DNA of 64,000 nucleotides from Barthelona sp. PCE (Eukaryota): NCBI GenBank assembly GCA_040285745.1, contig JAUFOR010000002.1, positions 1,860,001 to 1,924,000 of the forward strand, read 5' to 3'. Shown piece by piece: positions 46,001 to 61,000 of this stretch (position 1 is its first letter; each line of letters starts with the position of its first letter). The notes under the pieces were generated by a model. It saw only the letters and a program-made list of their open reading frames with translations, ran no database searches and was not told where the DNA came from. The position numbers and the translations under genes were made by a program.

Positions 46001-49000
46001 GACCATCTGGCACACTATTGCTGGATCTGGTGGTTTTGGTGTTAAGGAGGGTCATAAACTTTTCGTTGCTGATATCAAGAATGTGAACGTTTCACAAATT
46101 CACATTGAAAACGGTACTCTTGAAATGGGATGCACTGGTGCGCACTGTTATGATTATGTTGTTGACAACGGTGAGCAATGGATTCTTGAATTGGGTACGC
46201 TTAAGACAGGCTTTGGTGTTGTATTTAACGAAGATGTTTCCATTGGTGACATCAAGTGGGATACTCAAGGCAGAGTCTTGGTCAACGCCACACTCACGTT
46301 CGACGGTGTTAACACCGAGTTTGAACCTACTGTAATCTACGACAGACAACACATTCATGCCAAGCATTTGAAGCTTGTATCTGGTTATTACGAGTTCCCT
46401 GGATCTACATCCAGTCGTCCATTCATCAGTGCTGATGAGATCACTATTGAGTGCATCCAAGACTGTGGTTTCCGCGGTAGTTTCGGTAGTGTGCGTTTAA
46501 GCACGAATTCAACAATCGTTGTGAACAATGCTGATAGTAATATCACCGCTTCGTTTAAGATGGTTGACTTCTCTCACTCACTCACAGACATCACAATTAC
46601 CCGTGGTGTTCTGTCTTTCGGTAACGGTTTGATTTTCGGAGCTAACATCGACATTGACAGTGAAGGTACACTTGCCTTTAACGCTTCAGGATCTCCACAT
46701 GATGTGAAGCTCATGAACTCAACAATCACCGGTTCTGGTCGTATTAACGCGTTTTCAGATGTGTACGCTGCAAAGATTATCTTTGATAACGTCATCAGTG
46801 ATGGTTTCGTTCAGGGTGAAGCTATGTTGATGGAGGGAGACACTCGTCTTCTGCTCAACAACAGTGATATTACTGGTATGAAGATCAACATGTCAAGCGG
46901 TGAATTGTGGACTGGTTCGTATCCGTCTACAGTATCAGAAATTGTAATGAATGGTGATAGTCTCATTGTACTGCTTGCTGATTTGACAGTCGATACTTTG
47001 ATGCATGTTTATGACGGTGGTGTGCGTGGTAAATACTACGCACCTTCTCTTCTTAATGAATATGCGTCTGCGCTCATTGTTGAAGAGATGCATGTTACAA
47101 ACGGTACATTTTCAATTGATCAAACTGACATTAGTGTCAAAACATTCAAGGGTTTCTCTGGTGGCTTTAACGACACCAAGACAAACTATGCCAGTATCAA
47201 CATGGTCGATGCCGATTTCGGTATCGATGACGTGTTCACGTTCGAGTCAGACACTAATGCTTACACCACTCTTATTACAACTGGTGATGTTGTCTTCCGC
47301 AACGACACAAACTTCGAGGTCCGTCGAGCTAAGCTCAATGGTACAATCGAAGTTCGTGCTGATACAAGTGTTCTTTTCAACCAAGGTTTCGAACTTGGTG
47401 GCAAGTTGATCTTAACCGATCCTACTGCTTCGTTGGAGGCTTGGAGTCGTACAGAGGACGTATTTGTCTGGCGTGACGCTGAGGTTCACGGTTCTGGTGT
47501 ATTTGGAATTGGTGGTCATCACGCTGAAGTGTTTGGTCGAATTTTCAACATCTCTGGTACTATGCGTATTCTTAACACAAGAACATCTGCTACAACAGTG
47601 TTCCTTCAGAGGAACGCATCCGATTGGGAGTTCCAGATTAACAAGTTGCATGTTAATGGATCTATTGAGCTTGACAGAGCTCTTACTTTGAACATTTCAA
47701 CTTTGCTAATTGACGATTATGGCGAGTTTGTTAACCATGGTCGTGTCTACGTCGAGTCTGTTGAATTTTCTGGTGGTACACTGGCTGGATATGGTTCTTA
47801 TATTGTATCTGAACCTTCATTTGTTGTGGGTGGCGATTCTAAGATCTCCACATACCTTGAGCTGAATAATGATCTCACTCATCAGCGCGGTAACATCACA
47901 TTGCTAAGCGGTGGTTCACTCATTGTGGGTGAAACAGCTACTTATTTGATGGATACTGCGGCTGATGTTGACTATTACGAAATCAATGGTGCTGGTACAC
48001 TTCAAATTGATGGTGTCATGCAGAAGAGCGATGCTTCAAGTCTCGCAACCCTCATGATATCCGTAGACTTTTCGGTCAACGGTGATTTTGTTCTTGAAAA
48101 CGAGGCTACAGTCATCCTGGCTGGTACATCCTTCTACACTGGTACGCTCGATATTGGTGGTGGTATCACTATTATATTCGAAACAATGAACAATAAGTTC
48201 GATTTCACATCATCGTCCGTTATTACGGGTGCTGGTACTATCATAATGAAGGACAGTATTGTTCGAATGGGTGGTACAATCGATGCTACGTCGTTTGTTA
48301 ATTGTACAGACGGTGAGCTTATCATAGATGTAATTAACAATGTTGTCGGTTTTGATTGGATTAATGGTACTGATGGTATTCTTGATATCAACAGTTTCGT
48401 TTCCCTCAAGAACGTGCACATTTCCAGCGGTTTTATTGTCACTGGTGATGGTGTGCTTTTCATCGAGGAATATATTGAAATCGATGGTGGTTACATTCAG
48501 GGTACAGGTTCAATCACAGTTAACAACACCGCAACTGGTTTGTTAACCAATGCAACGGTCTTTAGAGATCGCGACTTCATCTTCAAGGGTGACTTCCTCA
48601 CTGATAACTCAACATTACATTGTGAGAACGCCCAGCTGTTGGTATTTGCTAACTTCACGTTTGAGGATGATGTTGACTTTGTTGGTTCATGTGACATGTA
48701 TGTGTATGGTATGCTTAATTCTACTCAGCCTTCAACATTGATTGCCGAGTTCAACATGCATGTTTACGGTGACATGATCATTTCACCTGGTTCTAACGCT
48801 ACTTTCCATCATTCCAACAGTCACTGGTATGGCTCAGTTTATCTACCTACTGATTCTATCTTGCAGTTCTCCTACGCTGAACACTCATTCCACATTGGTT
48901 GTGTTGTTGAAGGTGAAGGTCTTATTAACTCAGTCGATACCGATATTCTTAACTACGCCATCTTGGATATTGAGAACATTATTACGTACGGCGGTTCTTT

Positions 49001-52000
49001 CTACTATGGTGCGCTGGGTACAACCAATGGTATGATCCAGACATACGGCTCTCTTATCCTCGCTGAAAAAGCATGTAACCTGTTGAACCTCGTTCTGTTC
49101 GAGGGTCAGCTTGATGCATCTGCCGGCTTTGTTGTACATAACAACTTCAGTTGGTTCGGTGGTGATATCATCAATGAAGGTAAGATCGAAACGCTAGGTT
49201 TCGCTCAGATAGTCTCCGACGCACACAAGAATCTTAGACAGACTGAATTAGACATTCAGGGTACGTTGAACATCACTGGAGCCAAGCTCCACCTTGGTAA
49301 CAACGCTAAGATCACTATGCATGACCACACAATTATCTCAGAGAACACCACAATTGATTTCACGGCTGATGAAGTGTACGCTGACCCGTCCGTTGAGATA
49401 ATCAATACTGGTACTCTGTGGATTCAAAACACAAACAACATGACATGGGTACACGTACCGGTTGTCAACGAGCAAGCTTTGATTATTGACTCGTTCATCA
49501 GTCTTGACAGTTCATTCACCCAACAAGAAGCTGGATCTACACTTAATATCACAAGTACCGGTTATCTTCAGCTGAACGCATCTGGTATTCTTACGTCTGA
49601 CATCTTCATTGAAACTGATGGTGTCATCGAACAGATTGCCTCAGATTTCTATTTGACCCATAGCTGTAACTTGTGGATGGATGCAGATGCACAGATTCTC
49701 ATCAACTCTGTCAATGGTGCTCATTTCTACATGTATGCATCGTTTGAAATGCATGAGGACTCTTCTCTATTGCTTGTTGGTGATGGTGATCTTGTTCTTG
49801 AACATACTCCCTCACTGACATTATCAGAGCTCACAGTCAACACAAGTGGTATTGGCCATCTCGTGCTGTCAGGTGATGTGGAAGTAGATCTGGTTATGAT
49901 TTTGAACGGTACTTTGGATATCTCAGGTTCTGTTGCGGTGACTGAATTACTCATCGTTGATGGTGGTATCCAGGGTGGTGGTGAGCTGGAAGTTGACATA
50001 TTCAATGTTTCAACCGAGCTCGAACCAACTTTCACTTCAGTTCGTCTTACAACAGTTTTAGAAATCAACATATTTGATAACGGAACGCTGTATTTCGACA
50101 GTGATCTTCTTTGGGTCGTCGGTGCTGCATGTGTCATGGAGTTCCACGATGACAATACCACAATCAAGGCACTGGCTTCTTCAAAGCTGCGTAATGAGGG
50201 TATTGTTAACATCAACTCTGAATTTATTGTACTTGACATCAATGTTCTGAATCTCAACACTATCAACGTTAACAAAAACTTGTTCTATGAGGGTGAACTT
50301 GATAACCAGAACACTATCAATGTTGCTGTTGATGTCAATCTCATCATCTCTGGTGTTTTGACATCAACTGGCTCTATTCTCGGTGATGGTTCAATTGAGT
50401 TGATCAATTCTGCGCTCTTTACTGCAGAAGGTCTGATTGACATCCGTAAGACTCTGTATATGAAGGATACATCCATCATGGATCTCCGCGACGGATGTTC
50501 CTTTGGTGCAGGTACTTTTGGAAGTTTGCAACTTCAGTTGTACAATGACGCAAGCCTTAAGTTCTTCCGTATTGATGTCGATGTTCCTGAACTGATTTCA
50601 CTTAGTTCAACAGCCACAATTGACGCTGTCCAATCCACCATTGATTTCACAACTCTTGTTGCCAACGGTTCCCTTCAACTTGAAGTGCTGTCTGCGTTCT
50701 CTGTAGATGAGCTTATTATGTACCCTGGTTCTGAGATTGTTGGTCCTGGTGTTCTGAACGTTGGTACTTGGTATGTCAACGGTACATACGATTGCACACT
50801 TCCTATTGTATTGCGTGATGATGCTATCCTCTCATTTGGTGGATCTTCCGTCATTGATTTCCAGGGTGGTTGTATTCGTGGTATTTCTGCTCGTATTAGG
50901 TCATCTGGTGATTTGTTATTCAACATTGATCCTGCTTTTGGAGGTGCAGAGTTCATGTACGAAAGTGGGGAGGAATCCTTCTTCGAGAACGATGGTACTA
51001 TCACACTTGATATCGATGCCAACGTAACATTCGGTTGGTCACTCACAAAGAGTGGTCTACTTAACGTAACAGATGGAAACTTCACTCTTGGTAGCGAATA
51101 CTTCACCAATACTGAAGCTTGTGGAAATACTATCTCATCAAACGGTTCATCCGTTATCACTCTGTTATCCAACACACTTGAAGGTGTAATTGAAGGTGAT
51201 GGTGTATTTGAGTTCCGCGGTGACGGTACTGAGCCTCTTCGTTTCTCAGGTATCATCGATCATGTTGGTGTCATGAAACAAATGTCTGGCTCAACCATTT
51301 TCGTTGGTGATCATCTCCGCAGTGATGGTATGGTTAACTACTGGTACACTAAACATGGAACAGTATTCAATTCGTACCCTTCGGCTCTTGAGATCCACGG
51401 TGGTGATGTCGAAACAGATACCACAATTGTTTATCTTGAGTATCTCAAGGTTTATGATGGTGAGGTCCGTGTCTCCGGCATGCTCATCACAAACAACGCA
51501 CTCTTCGAGAACGGTATTGTAACGGGTACTGGTGAAGGTACGGTTGATATCGTCGTTAATGGCGAGTATAAGAATACCACAACTTCACATGTACGTATTC
51601 TTTCACGCCAAGACGCACTCATTGACTTTAACGATCACGCAAAACTCGATGACGGTGCTGTTATTCACATTGAGGGTTACGGTACGCTGTCTAACACTAT
51701 CGAAATTGTTGCCTCAGGTGAAAAGGCGCAAATTATTGTTGACAATTTATGGTGGGATGAGGTCGCTACTGATGTTGAGATCATCGACAGCAGTGCTATG
51801 GGCGAGTTTATCGTTAATGACCGTTATGTCAAGAACGGTACTGCCGCATCAATCTACCAGATCAATGTTATCAACAATGGTCTGTTCACAGTTGATGAAG
51901 GTGAGTTCCACATCATATACAAGCTTGATGATTCCAAAGATGTTGTTGTTTCTGCGGGTGCTACACTGCTAGTTCACGGAACAGGTGTTTGGTCTAAAGA

Positions 52001-55000
52001 CTGAAGGCTCAATCGTGAACGATGGTACTCTGCTGTTCAGTTCAACAAGTACATCCGAAATCGTGGGTGATATTGACTCCAATGGTATCTTTTTACAAGA
52101 TGCCGAGGGTTATATTCGTATTGAACCCACTCTTTCTTCTGATATTGTTGATCTGGAGGTGTACCGTGGTGAAGTTGAGCTCAATGGTGAATTCACAGTT
52201 CAAACTTTGACAATGGCCGGTCACAACACAACAATCGATCACTGTCTGCTTTACGCTTTAACAGAGGCTAACTTCTCTGCTGAGGCCACAGCTTTGGGCA
52301 TCAACTGTTCTCTTCCTCAAACTGAGGACGCGAACATCACTATCTGTACATGTAATACAACTGGAACTTATCCAGAGGTTGTTGACACAGTCACCGGTGG
52401 TGACTTGCATATCAACTATGCTAAGATCACCGTTGAAGACTTTGTTGCTGAACGTGGTACAATTGCGTTTGATGATTTCTCAACACTAACTGTTGGAAAT
52501 TCATTTGTAGTCGATGAGTGGTTCCCTGTAACAATTACTTCACTTGTTGGATCAAAGATATTGATTCCCGCTTCTTCCACATTCAATTGGGACGGTGGTG
52601 AGCTTATATTTGAAACCATCGAGATTATCAATGATGGTACGGTTACTTTCAACCCTGCCACAACATCAAACGGTACATCTCACTCTAATGTTGCAACACT
52701 CATTAACGAAAATGTATTCAATGTCCATTCAAACGATCGCTGGGTCATTACTCTCAATGTTATCAATAACAACGAGATTAATTCATACGGTCCTGATGAA
52801 GCACATTTCTCTGATACATCTTCTCTCACACATAATTACGGCGCATTCATACATACACATGGTGGTGTTCTGTACTTTGGTGGTGACTCCATGATTAACT
52901 CAACAATTGATACTGCAGGTGGTGCTTTCGGTTTCAACCATCAGGCATCAGTTTTAACTACAGAGAACTGTTACATTGAAGACACTACCTTTGTTTTCGA
53001 CGGACGTCTCATAGATGTCAACTGTGAATTTGATCTTAAATTAACAAACGATACGATATTCCACCAAAAGAACGGTTATGTCACTTATCATGGTACATTT
53101 AATGTTGGTGGTGAAAACTATTTCCGTATTTCAGGTGGTGAATTTGTAGTTGGTAAGGTTCAGATGCCACCCATCTGGATTGATGGTGGTGACATCATTG
53201 TTGAGTGTCTCGACTGTGTAACAAAGATTGTTCAGGTAACGAAGGGTAGTATTTGGGTTGACTCACAAATTTCCATTACTGGTGCCCTTTATCTCAACGA
53301 TCCTCTCAACGAGATGGAAGCTGGCGATGAAGCTCATCTTTATGGTTACGGTAATATCACACTTGACATCGGCTCCAAAGGTGAGTTCAGCGGTTCAGAT
53401 GTGAAGGTTCATGATACTATGATTTACAATAACGGTAATATTACTGTTGTTGGTGGTATCACTGAATCCACTCCCTGGACTGCCACTGGTCGTGTTGTTG
53501 TAGCAAAGACTGCTGGTCTTGTGTTTGATCTCGATTCCAGTGGATCTTCCGTTTTCGGCATCAATATCGATAACTATGGTGAAATCGTTAAACTTACAGA
53601 TACAGTTTCTCGTGTCAAGGTTGATCTTCGTAACTACGGTGACATTAGTGTTTATCAGGGTCGTCTAATCTTGGAGTCTGACGGCTTTAACGCTGGTAAC
53701 CTCAACGTTGCTGATAATACTGTTCTTGAATTCGCTCCTACACTGTTTGAGTGGATCGACGGAACTTATCTATCAGGTGATGGTAAGGTCGGTTTCGCTT
53801 CAGGCTATGTGTCTGCAAGTTGTCAACCAACTGGTCTTCTCATTGAGCTTATCGAAATTAGCGGTGGTACGCTTGACCTCCAATGTTCTGAGTTCTCATT
53901 CAAGGATTTCTCTGTCTCATCAGGTCAGCTCATCATTGCTGAGCGTATGAATGTTACTCGACAATTCAACTTCTCTGGTGGTGCTGTTAAGTCCATTGGT
54001 GTAATTGAGTCACAAGGTGACATGACAATGTTCGGTGGCCTTAAAGATATTGATCAAACACATTTGCTTGTTTCAGGTAACATGACATGGAACGATGGTG
54101 ATATTATTCTTACTGAACTTGCTGTGTTTGATATCAATGTTGATGCAGACGTTGTGATCGACTCACCTGCACCATTAACTGTTATTGATGGCTCATCAGT
54201 ACAGTCTTCAATGCGTGTGCAGGGTGAAGTTACTGTTGCCCCTGATTCAACACTAGTCATGTATCCTCTTCTTGAAACCGATGATGTATCTACTATCACG
54301 GTGGAAGATGGTGCCCAGATTGACTTCCATGGTGAGACCACCGCACACGGTACGATTACTCTTGAGACAGATGATTCTAATCTTCTGTTCTCAGAGGGTG
54401 AACATCACTTCCTTGTTGATTGTACCATTAACGGTGACGGTCACCTTGTTGTGAACGGTACACCAGCTGTGCTTTTCAGTAACAATATGGATCTGAATTC
54501 TGTAGGTCATATTGATGTTCACCAAGGTACTGTTGAAATGCAAGGAGGATACGTTCACCCCAATAGCCACGTTCTCATCGACGTTTACGGTGGTGAGCTT
54601 GGCTTCAAGGATAGAGGCGGTGTTGGTTTCACCGTCGGTAACATGAACGTGTCAGGCGGTATCGTCACATTTGCTTCACATACAACAGTTGATGGCAAGT
54701 TCAACTTGTTTAACAACGGTGTTATTGACTCTATTGAAGGTCTGGAAGTTAATGGTCTATTCCTTCAGTATGATGACACATCCGTTCAGGGTGGTACTGG
54801 TCTTATTAACTTGTTGGGTGGTTTCGTATGGCAGTCTGGTGTTCTCAGTGGTCTGGGTCGTACTCAGGTTGCTGGTAATACGGCTATTCATACGATTGAT
54901 CCCAAGATTATTTCTGCACGTACTCTAGTCACTTATGCCTTAGGTGAGTGGTACGAAGGCCATATCTTCGGTGAAGATGGTGCTGTGTTTGAGGTTGCTG

Positions 55001-58000
55001 AAACTTCATCCATGCTCGTTGGTAACGTTGATTTCCAACGTGGTGCTGGAAAGGCTGTCGTTAAGATCAAGGGTAATTATACAAAGATCGATCCCAAGCT
55101 TAAGGTTGGTGATTATGGTATCTCTGAACTCTGTAGATCAGTTCGTTTCAGTCCCAGAGTTTCAGGTGATGCTTACGTGTTTGATACAGAGGGTCTGCAG
55201 CTCAATGGTGTCACCCTTACATTCGATGGTATTCGTGAACTTAGTTGGGAAGAGGGTTTCACCTTCCACATCCGTGGTTGGAGATATCCTTCACTTCCTA
55301 GAGACAACGCATACCGATACACGCTTGATTTTGGTTTTGATGGATTTGTTACGCTCTCTATCAGGGATGCTAACCGCACATCAGGAAACGATCTCATTCA
55401 ACGTTACTTCACTTATTCTACTGAAAAGACTTCTGTCAATTCAGTTACATGGAGCACATATTATCAACCTCCTGAGCAGGAAATGACCATTACTATGGTC
55501 TGGGATCCTGTCAATCAGAAGTTCAAGGTTTATGAGTTTGATCAACTTGTTGGTCAAACTACAGCTAAACCTCCTTTTGCCACACGTGGTGTTCCAGACT
55601 TCAAGATTGGTATCAACCATGCGCAGTGGAAGTTGCAACAGGTGCGTTTCTATCAGAAGCCCATCGACTACACGTTTATTCAGGAACTTGCACTCTTGAA
55701 GGATCCTCACTATGATACGTACAAGGTTGATGATATGATTGGTATGCTGAACTTCTCAAATCCTATTGTTCCTTCAGAACCATTCGTAGCATTCGGTCGT
55801 TGTGACGTTATTCGTCCTGATCTTGTACCAAACTATATGATTGCTCGTCAACGTATGGAATGGGTTGTCGAGAACTACAACCGTCTCGTCATCAACAACG
55901 GTTCACTTCAGTTTGTTGGTGGTGGTTTCTCCTATGGTCTGTTACAAGCCGAAGAAGTTGGTCGTATTGAATTCGGTAACGAAAAACTCCTCACAACTGG
56001 TACAGTTATTTCAAAGGGTGATGGTATTGTTATCGATTCCGGTACCCAAGATATTCCTCCGATGGATGCTACTGTCATTGTTCGTGGTACAGCTGTTGTC
56101 AACCTTCAGTCTGGATCGTGTGACCCTGTCACACGTTTCGGTATTGATCTTATCATTGAGTCTGGTACAGTCAATGTACTTAAACCACTCGATGTGACTC
56201 AGAATTGTTTCACTCTTAACTCATTGACGATGTACAACGGTACAATGCTTGTCTCCGGTGATCTTCTGATCAAGGAGTTCATGCAGATGCTTGAGGTTGA
56301 CTCACATCTTACTGTTGATGTCGGTACATTGGTTAATGGAGGTGTTGGTACTTTTGACAACGGTCTCATTACCGGTACAGGTACTTTCCGAACTGACCAC
56401 ACTTTCGCTTGGAAGAACGGTAAGATTATTGGTGCCGGTCTCTTTGAGAACCGTGGTTTCATGAATATCACTGAAGAGGTAAGTCATGAATGGGATGCAC
56501 GTACGTTTATCAATAAGGGACGTGTCAACTGGGTTGAGGTGACCTTGAATGGAAGGGATCTCCGATTATCACTAACCACGGTAATTTCACAATTTATAAG
56601 TCGGACGTCGAATTCAAGGCACCTAACGGTTCTGAACCGCTGTTCCGTAACCTTGGTATTCTTTCTTTCGCAACCAACTCAACCGCTTACGATTACATTT
56701 TCATCGATAACACTGGTGTGTTTGAAGCGAAGGATAACACTACAATTTACATGATGAAGGATGGTGCATATCACGGTGAGCTGCGCATTGAGGAGAGATC
56801 CGGTTTCTACTTTGAGGGCGGTCTCGTTTACTTTGCAGACGACCTTATAGTTAGTGGTGAAGGTAACCTCGTTATTAATGGTACTAAGCTTGATATATAC
56901 TCTCGTTTCGAGCTTGATTTCCCTGGTTCGATCGATGTATATTCGGGTATCATGAACTTCCGTCCCGGAACAACGTTCACAACTGCTGTTCCTGTCAACA
57001 TTTACAACGCATCTGTTTCATTTGTTGGTGCTTACGTTTTCCAGGTTCCCAGTATCTATCTGTATGAGGGAAGCATTGTGCTTAACTCAAAGGTCGTCAC
57101 CCTGGGTGACTGTGCAGTATACAATGGTACGATTGAGCTGATTAACGATCTTGAAGTTTCTGCTGGTCAGTTCAACCTGTCTGGCGGTTCCATCTTCGGT
57201 CTTGGTGATCTCATTGTCACATCCGGTGATATGTATTGGAGAGATGGTGCAATGGATGGTTATGGTGAAACAATCATTGGTGGTTCATTCTATCTTGTCG
57301 GTAGCAACGATCATGTTTGGTCAAAGCGTAAGATTACATGTGCCGCTAATCTCTGGTGGTACGATGGCGATATCCGCGGTCTTGAAGATGCAAAGCTGAC
57401 TGTTGTTGGCGGTGGTACCGTTCATACTGAGAACGGTGGAGCACTTTATCTTGATGGTAACTTCGAGGTAGAGGGCGACTGGGAAATCAATGGTAATACT
57501 GATCTACATGCTGGTTTGGTATTGTCTGGTACAGCCACTGTTAATAGCGGTGAACTTACTATGTACGAAGGTGGATCATTCTCTGGTGACCTGGATATTA
57601 AAGTCAGGTGCCTCTGCCACTTTCGAACAGGGTGTCTTCTTCATGGAGAATACGGCTACATTAACATCAGCCGGTGACATTGACTTTGTCAACTCAACAG
57701 TTCGTTTCTTCGGTTCGATGGATATATCTGCAGGTCAGATTTCTGTCTACGGCGGTATTCTTGATATTTCCGCACCTGCTACAATTGATAACTGCGGTGC
57801 TGCCTTTGTCATATTGGGTGGTGCAGTCAGTTTCATTCCTGGTACATCTTCAGACGTTAGCGTATGTGTACTTCGTTTGCATGATGGTGAGCTTAATATT
57901 GACTTCGGTCTAGATCTTACTGTCACCGACACATTTGTAATGCTTGATGGTCTGCTAACTTCTGATGGTACTTTCACTGTTGATACTGCAACATTTGTAG

Positions 58001-61000
58001 ATGGTGAAATTACTGGTTCTGGTGCTGTTGATGCTTCAACTGCAATGTGGACTATGACACTCTTTACAGGTGTTGATGGAACGTGTGAGTTCAATATATT
58101 GAACATGACACTTGGTAATCACAAGATTGAAGAGCGTAAAATGACTGTTAACAGTGAGACTCACTTGCTCGATGGTACGCTTGATCTTGACAAGGGTGCA
58201 GAGATCATCAACAAGGGTGATTGGTACACACACGCAGCTATTACAATTCAGGACTTGAAGTCTGATTCATTCAGATGTTCATTCAAGAATCTTGGTACAT
58301 TGTACGTTGATTATGATATTACTTTTAATGCTCAGTTCATCTCTAACAACCTTGTTCTCATTAGAGACGATGTTTCTGTTCTTGCTAATGGTGGTGCCCA
58401 AATTGCGCGGTGTTATTAACACCGACTCATCTGTCACAAAGGCTGTATTCAGCACTGGTGACGGTGAGTACACTCTGAAGAACGATCTTACAATTAACGG
58501 TGCACTCGAGACTCAGTTCCTTCGAAATGGTATTGTTCGTATTTACTGTATGTTCAACTCCTCCGAGTCGACTATTGTTAACTTCGATACCAATACCAAT
58601 ATCTTCTACATCCACCCTGGTACGATCTTCATGAAGAATGTTACTGTGGGTATTCTCAGTGGTCAGCTGTATGTTATGGAAGTTGCCGCTGATACATGGT
58701 CATATCTTCCTACGGTTGTCATTGAAAACGGTGGTTATGTCTATCTTGAGCGTAGAGCACGTCTGTATGTCAATCACACGCTTGTTCTCCGTGACGATGT
58801 CATGCTTGAATTATACATCAACTCTTATCTCAGTGCCGAAAATATCAAACAGTACTACGGTAACTTTACGGGTAACGATGGTACTATTATTGTACGTGAC
58901 ACTCTCACTTTCGACGGTGGTTTCCACAGTGGTGTTGGCAGTGGTGTTTACACTAACAACATTGAGTTCGGTTCTTCAAGCATTAAGCACATTGAGAATA
59001 ACTATATTCAAGTTAGCGGCTCTGCCACTTGGACCGATGGTAACATTGTTCTTGGTGGTACAGCTCTTCTTAATCTCACAAACAATTTCGAAATTGACTT
59101 GGATGCCAACTCCGAGATGTCAGCTAACACTAGCTGTTCAACTTGTCAAATGCTCGTTTACGGTTCCACTGTTCACAAGTCTATTTATGACACGAGTTTC
59201 AAGGTGCCCAGTGTTTGGGAGAAGGATATTTCAATAACTGCCGGCTCAATGATCTTTGATGTTGAGCCTGTCGTTTTCACTGATAGCGCCAGTATCAATA
59301 TGGTTTCCATAGCCAACCTTGAGTTCAAGACCGTTAAGGTCACAACAGAATCTGCATTTGAGATTACATCCTCAGGATCTATCCTCTTCTCAGATACTCT
59401 TGATACTTCAGTTATTAAGAATATATTCACAATTACTGGAGGATCAGTTGAGATAGAAGGCGGTGTCGTCAACTTTGATGGTGTGAACTTTAATAACAAT
59501 GGTGGTCTTCTTAAGGCCAACAATGGTACTCTCAATTTCATCAACGATCCATCAACCATAGTCAAGTTCCAGACTCCCATCGAGTCTGGTGCTATCATCA
59601 ACCTTGAAACAGACGTCTCTGTCACTGGTATGATGTTCATGGATGGTGGTTTCATCACCACTTTGGACGATACTGTTCACACATTGACATCATCCGGTAG
59701 ATTCACATGGACAGACGGTACAATTGAGAACCGTACAGTTGTTAAGACACACGAAACATACTTCTCTTTCCCTGGATCGAGTAGTGCTATCGTTAAGGAC
59801 AGTGCTGTTGTTCAGCTTGATGGTGAGGGTACATGGGTATCAGGTACATTTAAGATTGGTGCTACTGTGAACGATACCGCCACTGTTGTTATTCACAACA
59901 CTGGTGAACTCAACGTTACATGTTCAACATGTGTCACTGAGATTGATGAACTCTCACGAATCATCAACAACGGTCGTCTCTTTGGCAAGGCCTCTTCTTC
60001 TGTTACTTTCACAAACATCGATTCCAATGGTGAGTTCGGTGTTATGTCAGGAAACACATATGTTAAGACTGACAGTAAGTTTATTGGTGACGTCAAGGTG
60101 CTGGGTGGCAAGCTTCGTTTCATCGAAGGTGTTCATAATATTACATCAACTGCGTTGGTTACTTGTAAGTCAGGAAACCTTCTCATCGAACATGAGAACA
60201 GTACTGTTGAATACGGTGCTGATACCACCATCGAATCAGCTTGTCGTTTCGAGATGAAGGATGGTGTTGTGACAACTGTTGGATCAACAACATTCACCAA
60301 CCCATCATCGTTCTTGTTCCTCACTTATGGTGATTGGCGTTACGTTGATGGACCTCACAACATTGATATGGTCAAGATTCTCGGTGCTAATCTTACTGCC
60401 GAGGCTGACATTGATGTATCTGACCAGCTATTCCTGTACGATGGTATCATTCAGGGTAATGGCGACATCACGACCGATCAGTTCGATTGGGGTGATCAAA
60501 TTATGGCAATGGATCCTTTACTCTACGGTAAGGGTTACATCATTGTCAATGGTGATTTGGTACTAGGTATTGCAGATCTAATCATCTACGAACGTACCAT
60601 TCAGCTGAACGGCAACGCACCAATCAATGGTGTCACTATGTATGCATACAACCACGGTACACTCGAGGTTGGTGCATCCATGACTGTTGCTTTCACAACA
60701 GGTTTCAACTTCCTTTCACCCGACGGTCTTGGTCACTTCAGTAACCTTGGTGTTGTCGATATTCAGTCTAACTGTCTCATCGCTGGTATGGAAAATCACA
60801 AAACAGTCAACGTTAAGAGCTTCAAGCTTACTGTATCTGACAACTCCATGAATATGGATAAGATCAACGTCAGTCCTGGAGCTAAAGTTGTATTACACTG
60901 CTGGTGTTCACTCAAACAATGACACTGGTCACATTTACTCTCTTGGTGAGTATAAGGTTGTTGGTTCAACTTTCCATCAGTATGGTCGTGTCCAAACTCT

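Noticed and set aside
38000-60922. Euplotes-style stop-codon-triggered +1 frameshifting as the general explanation of the breaks
   Set aside because: A few sites have a stop right after the shift (TTT TGG TGA, GGG TTC TAA, ATG GGT TGA). At others the protein-like frame changes far upstream of the stop (~75 nt at 57600, ~215 nt at 56538), no shared slippery motif exists, and two shifts are -1.
38000-60922. Small introns at the frame breaks
   Set aside because: Sequence on both sides reads as continuous repeat-pattern protein after a one-base fix, and no AT-rich GT..AG spacer like the 7497-7535 intron is present.
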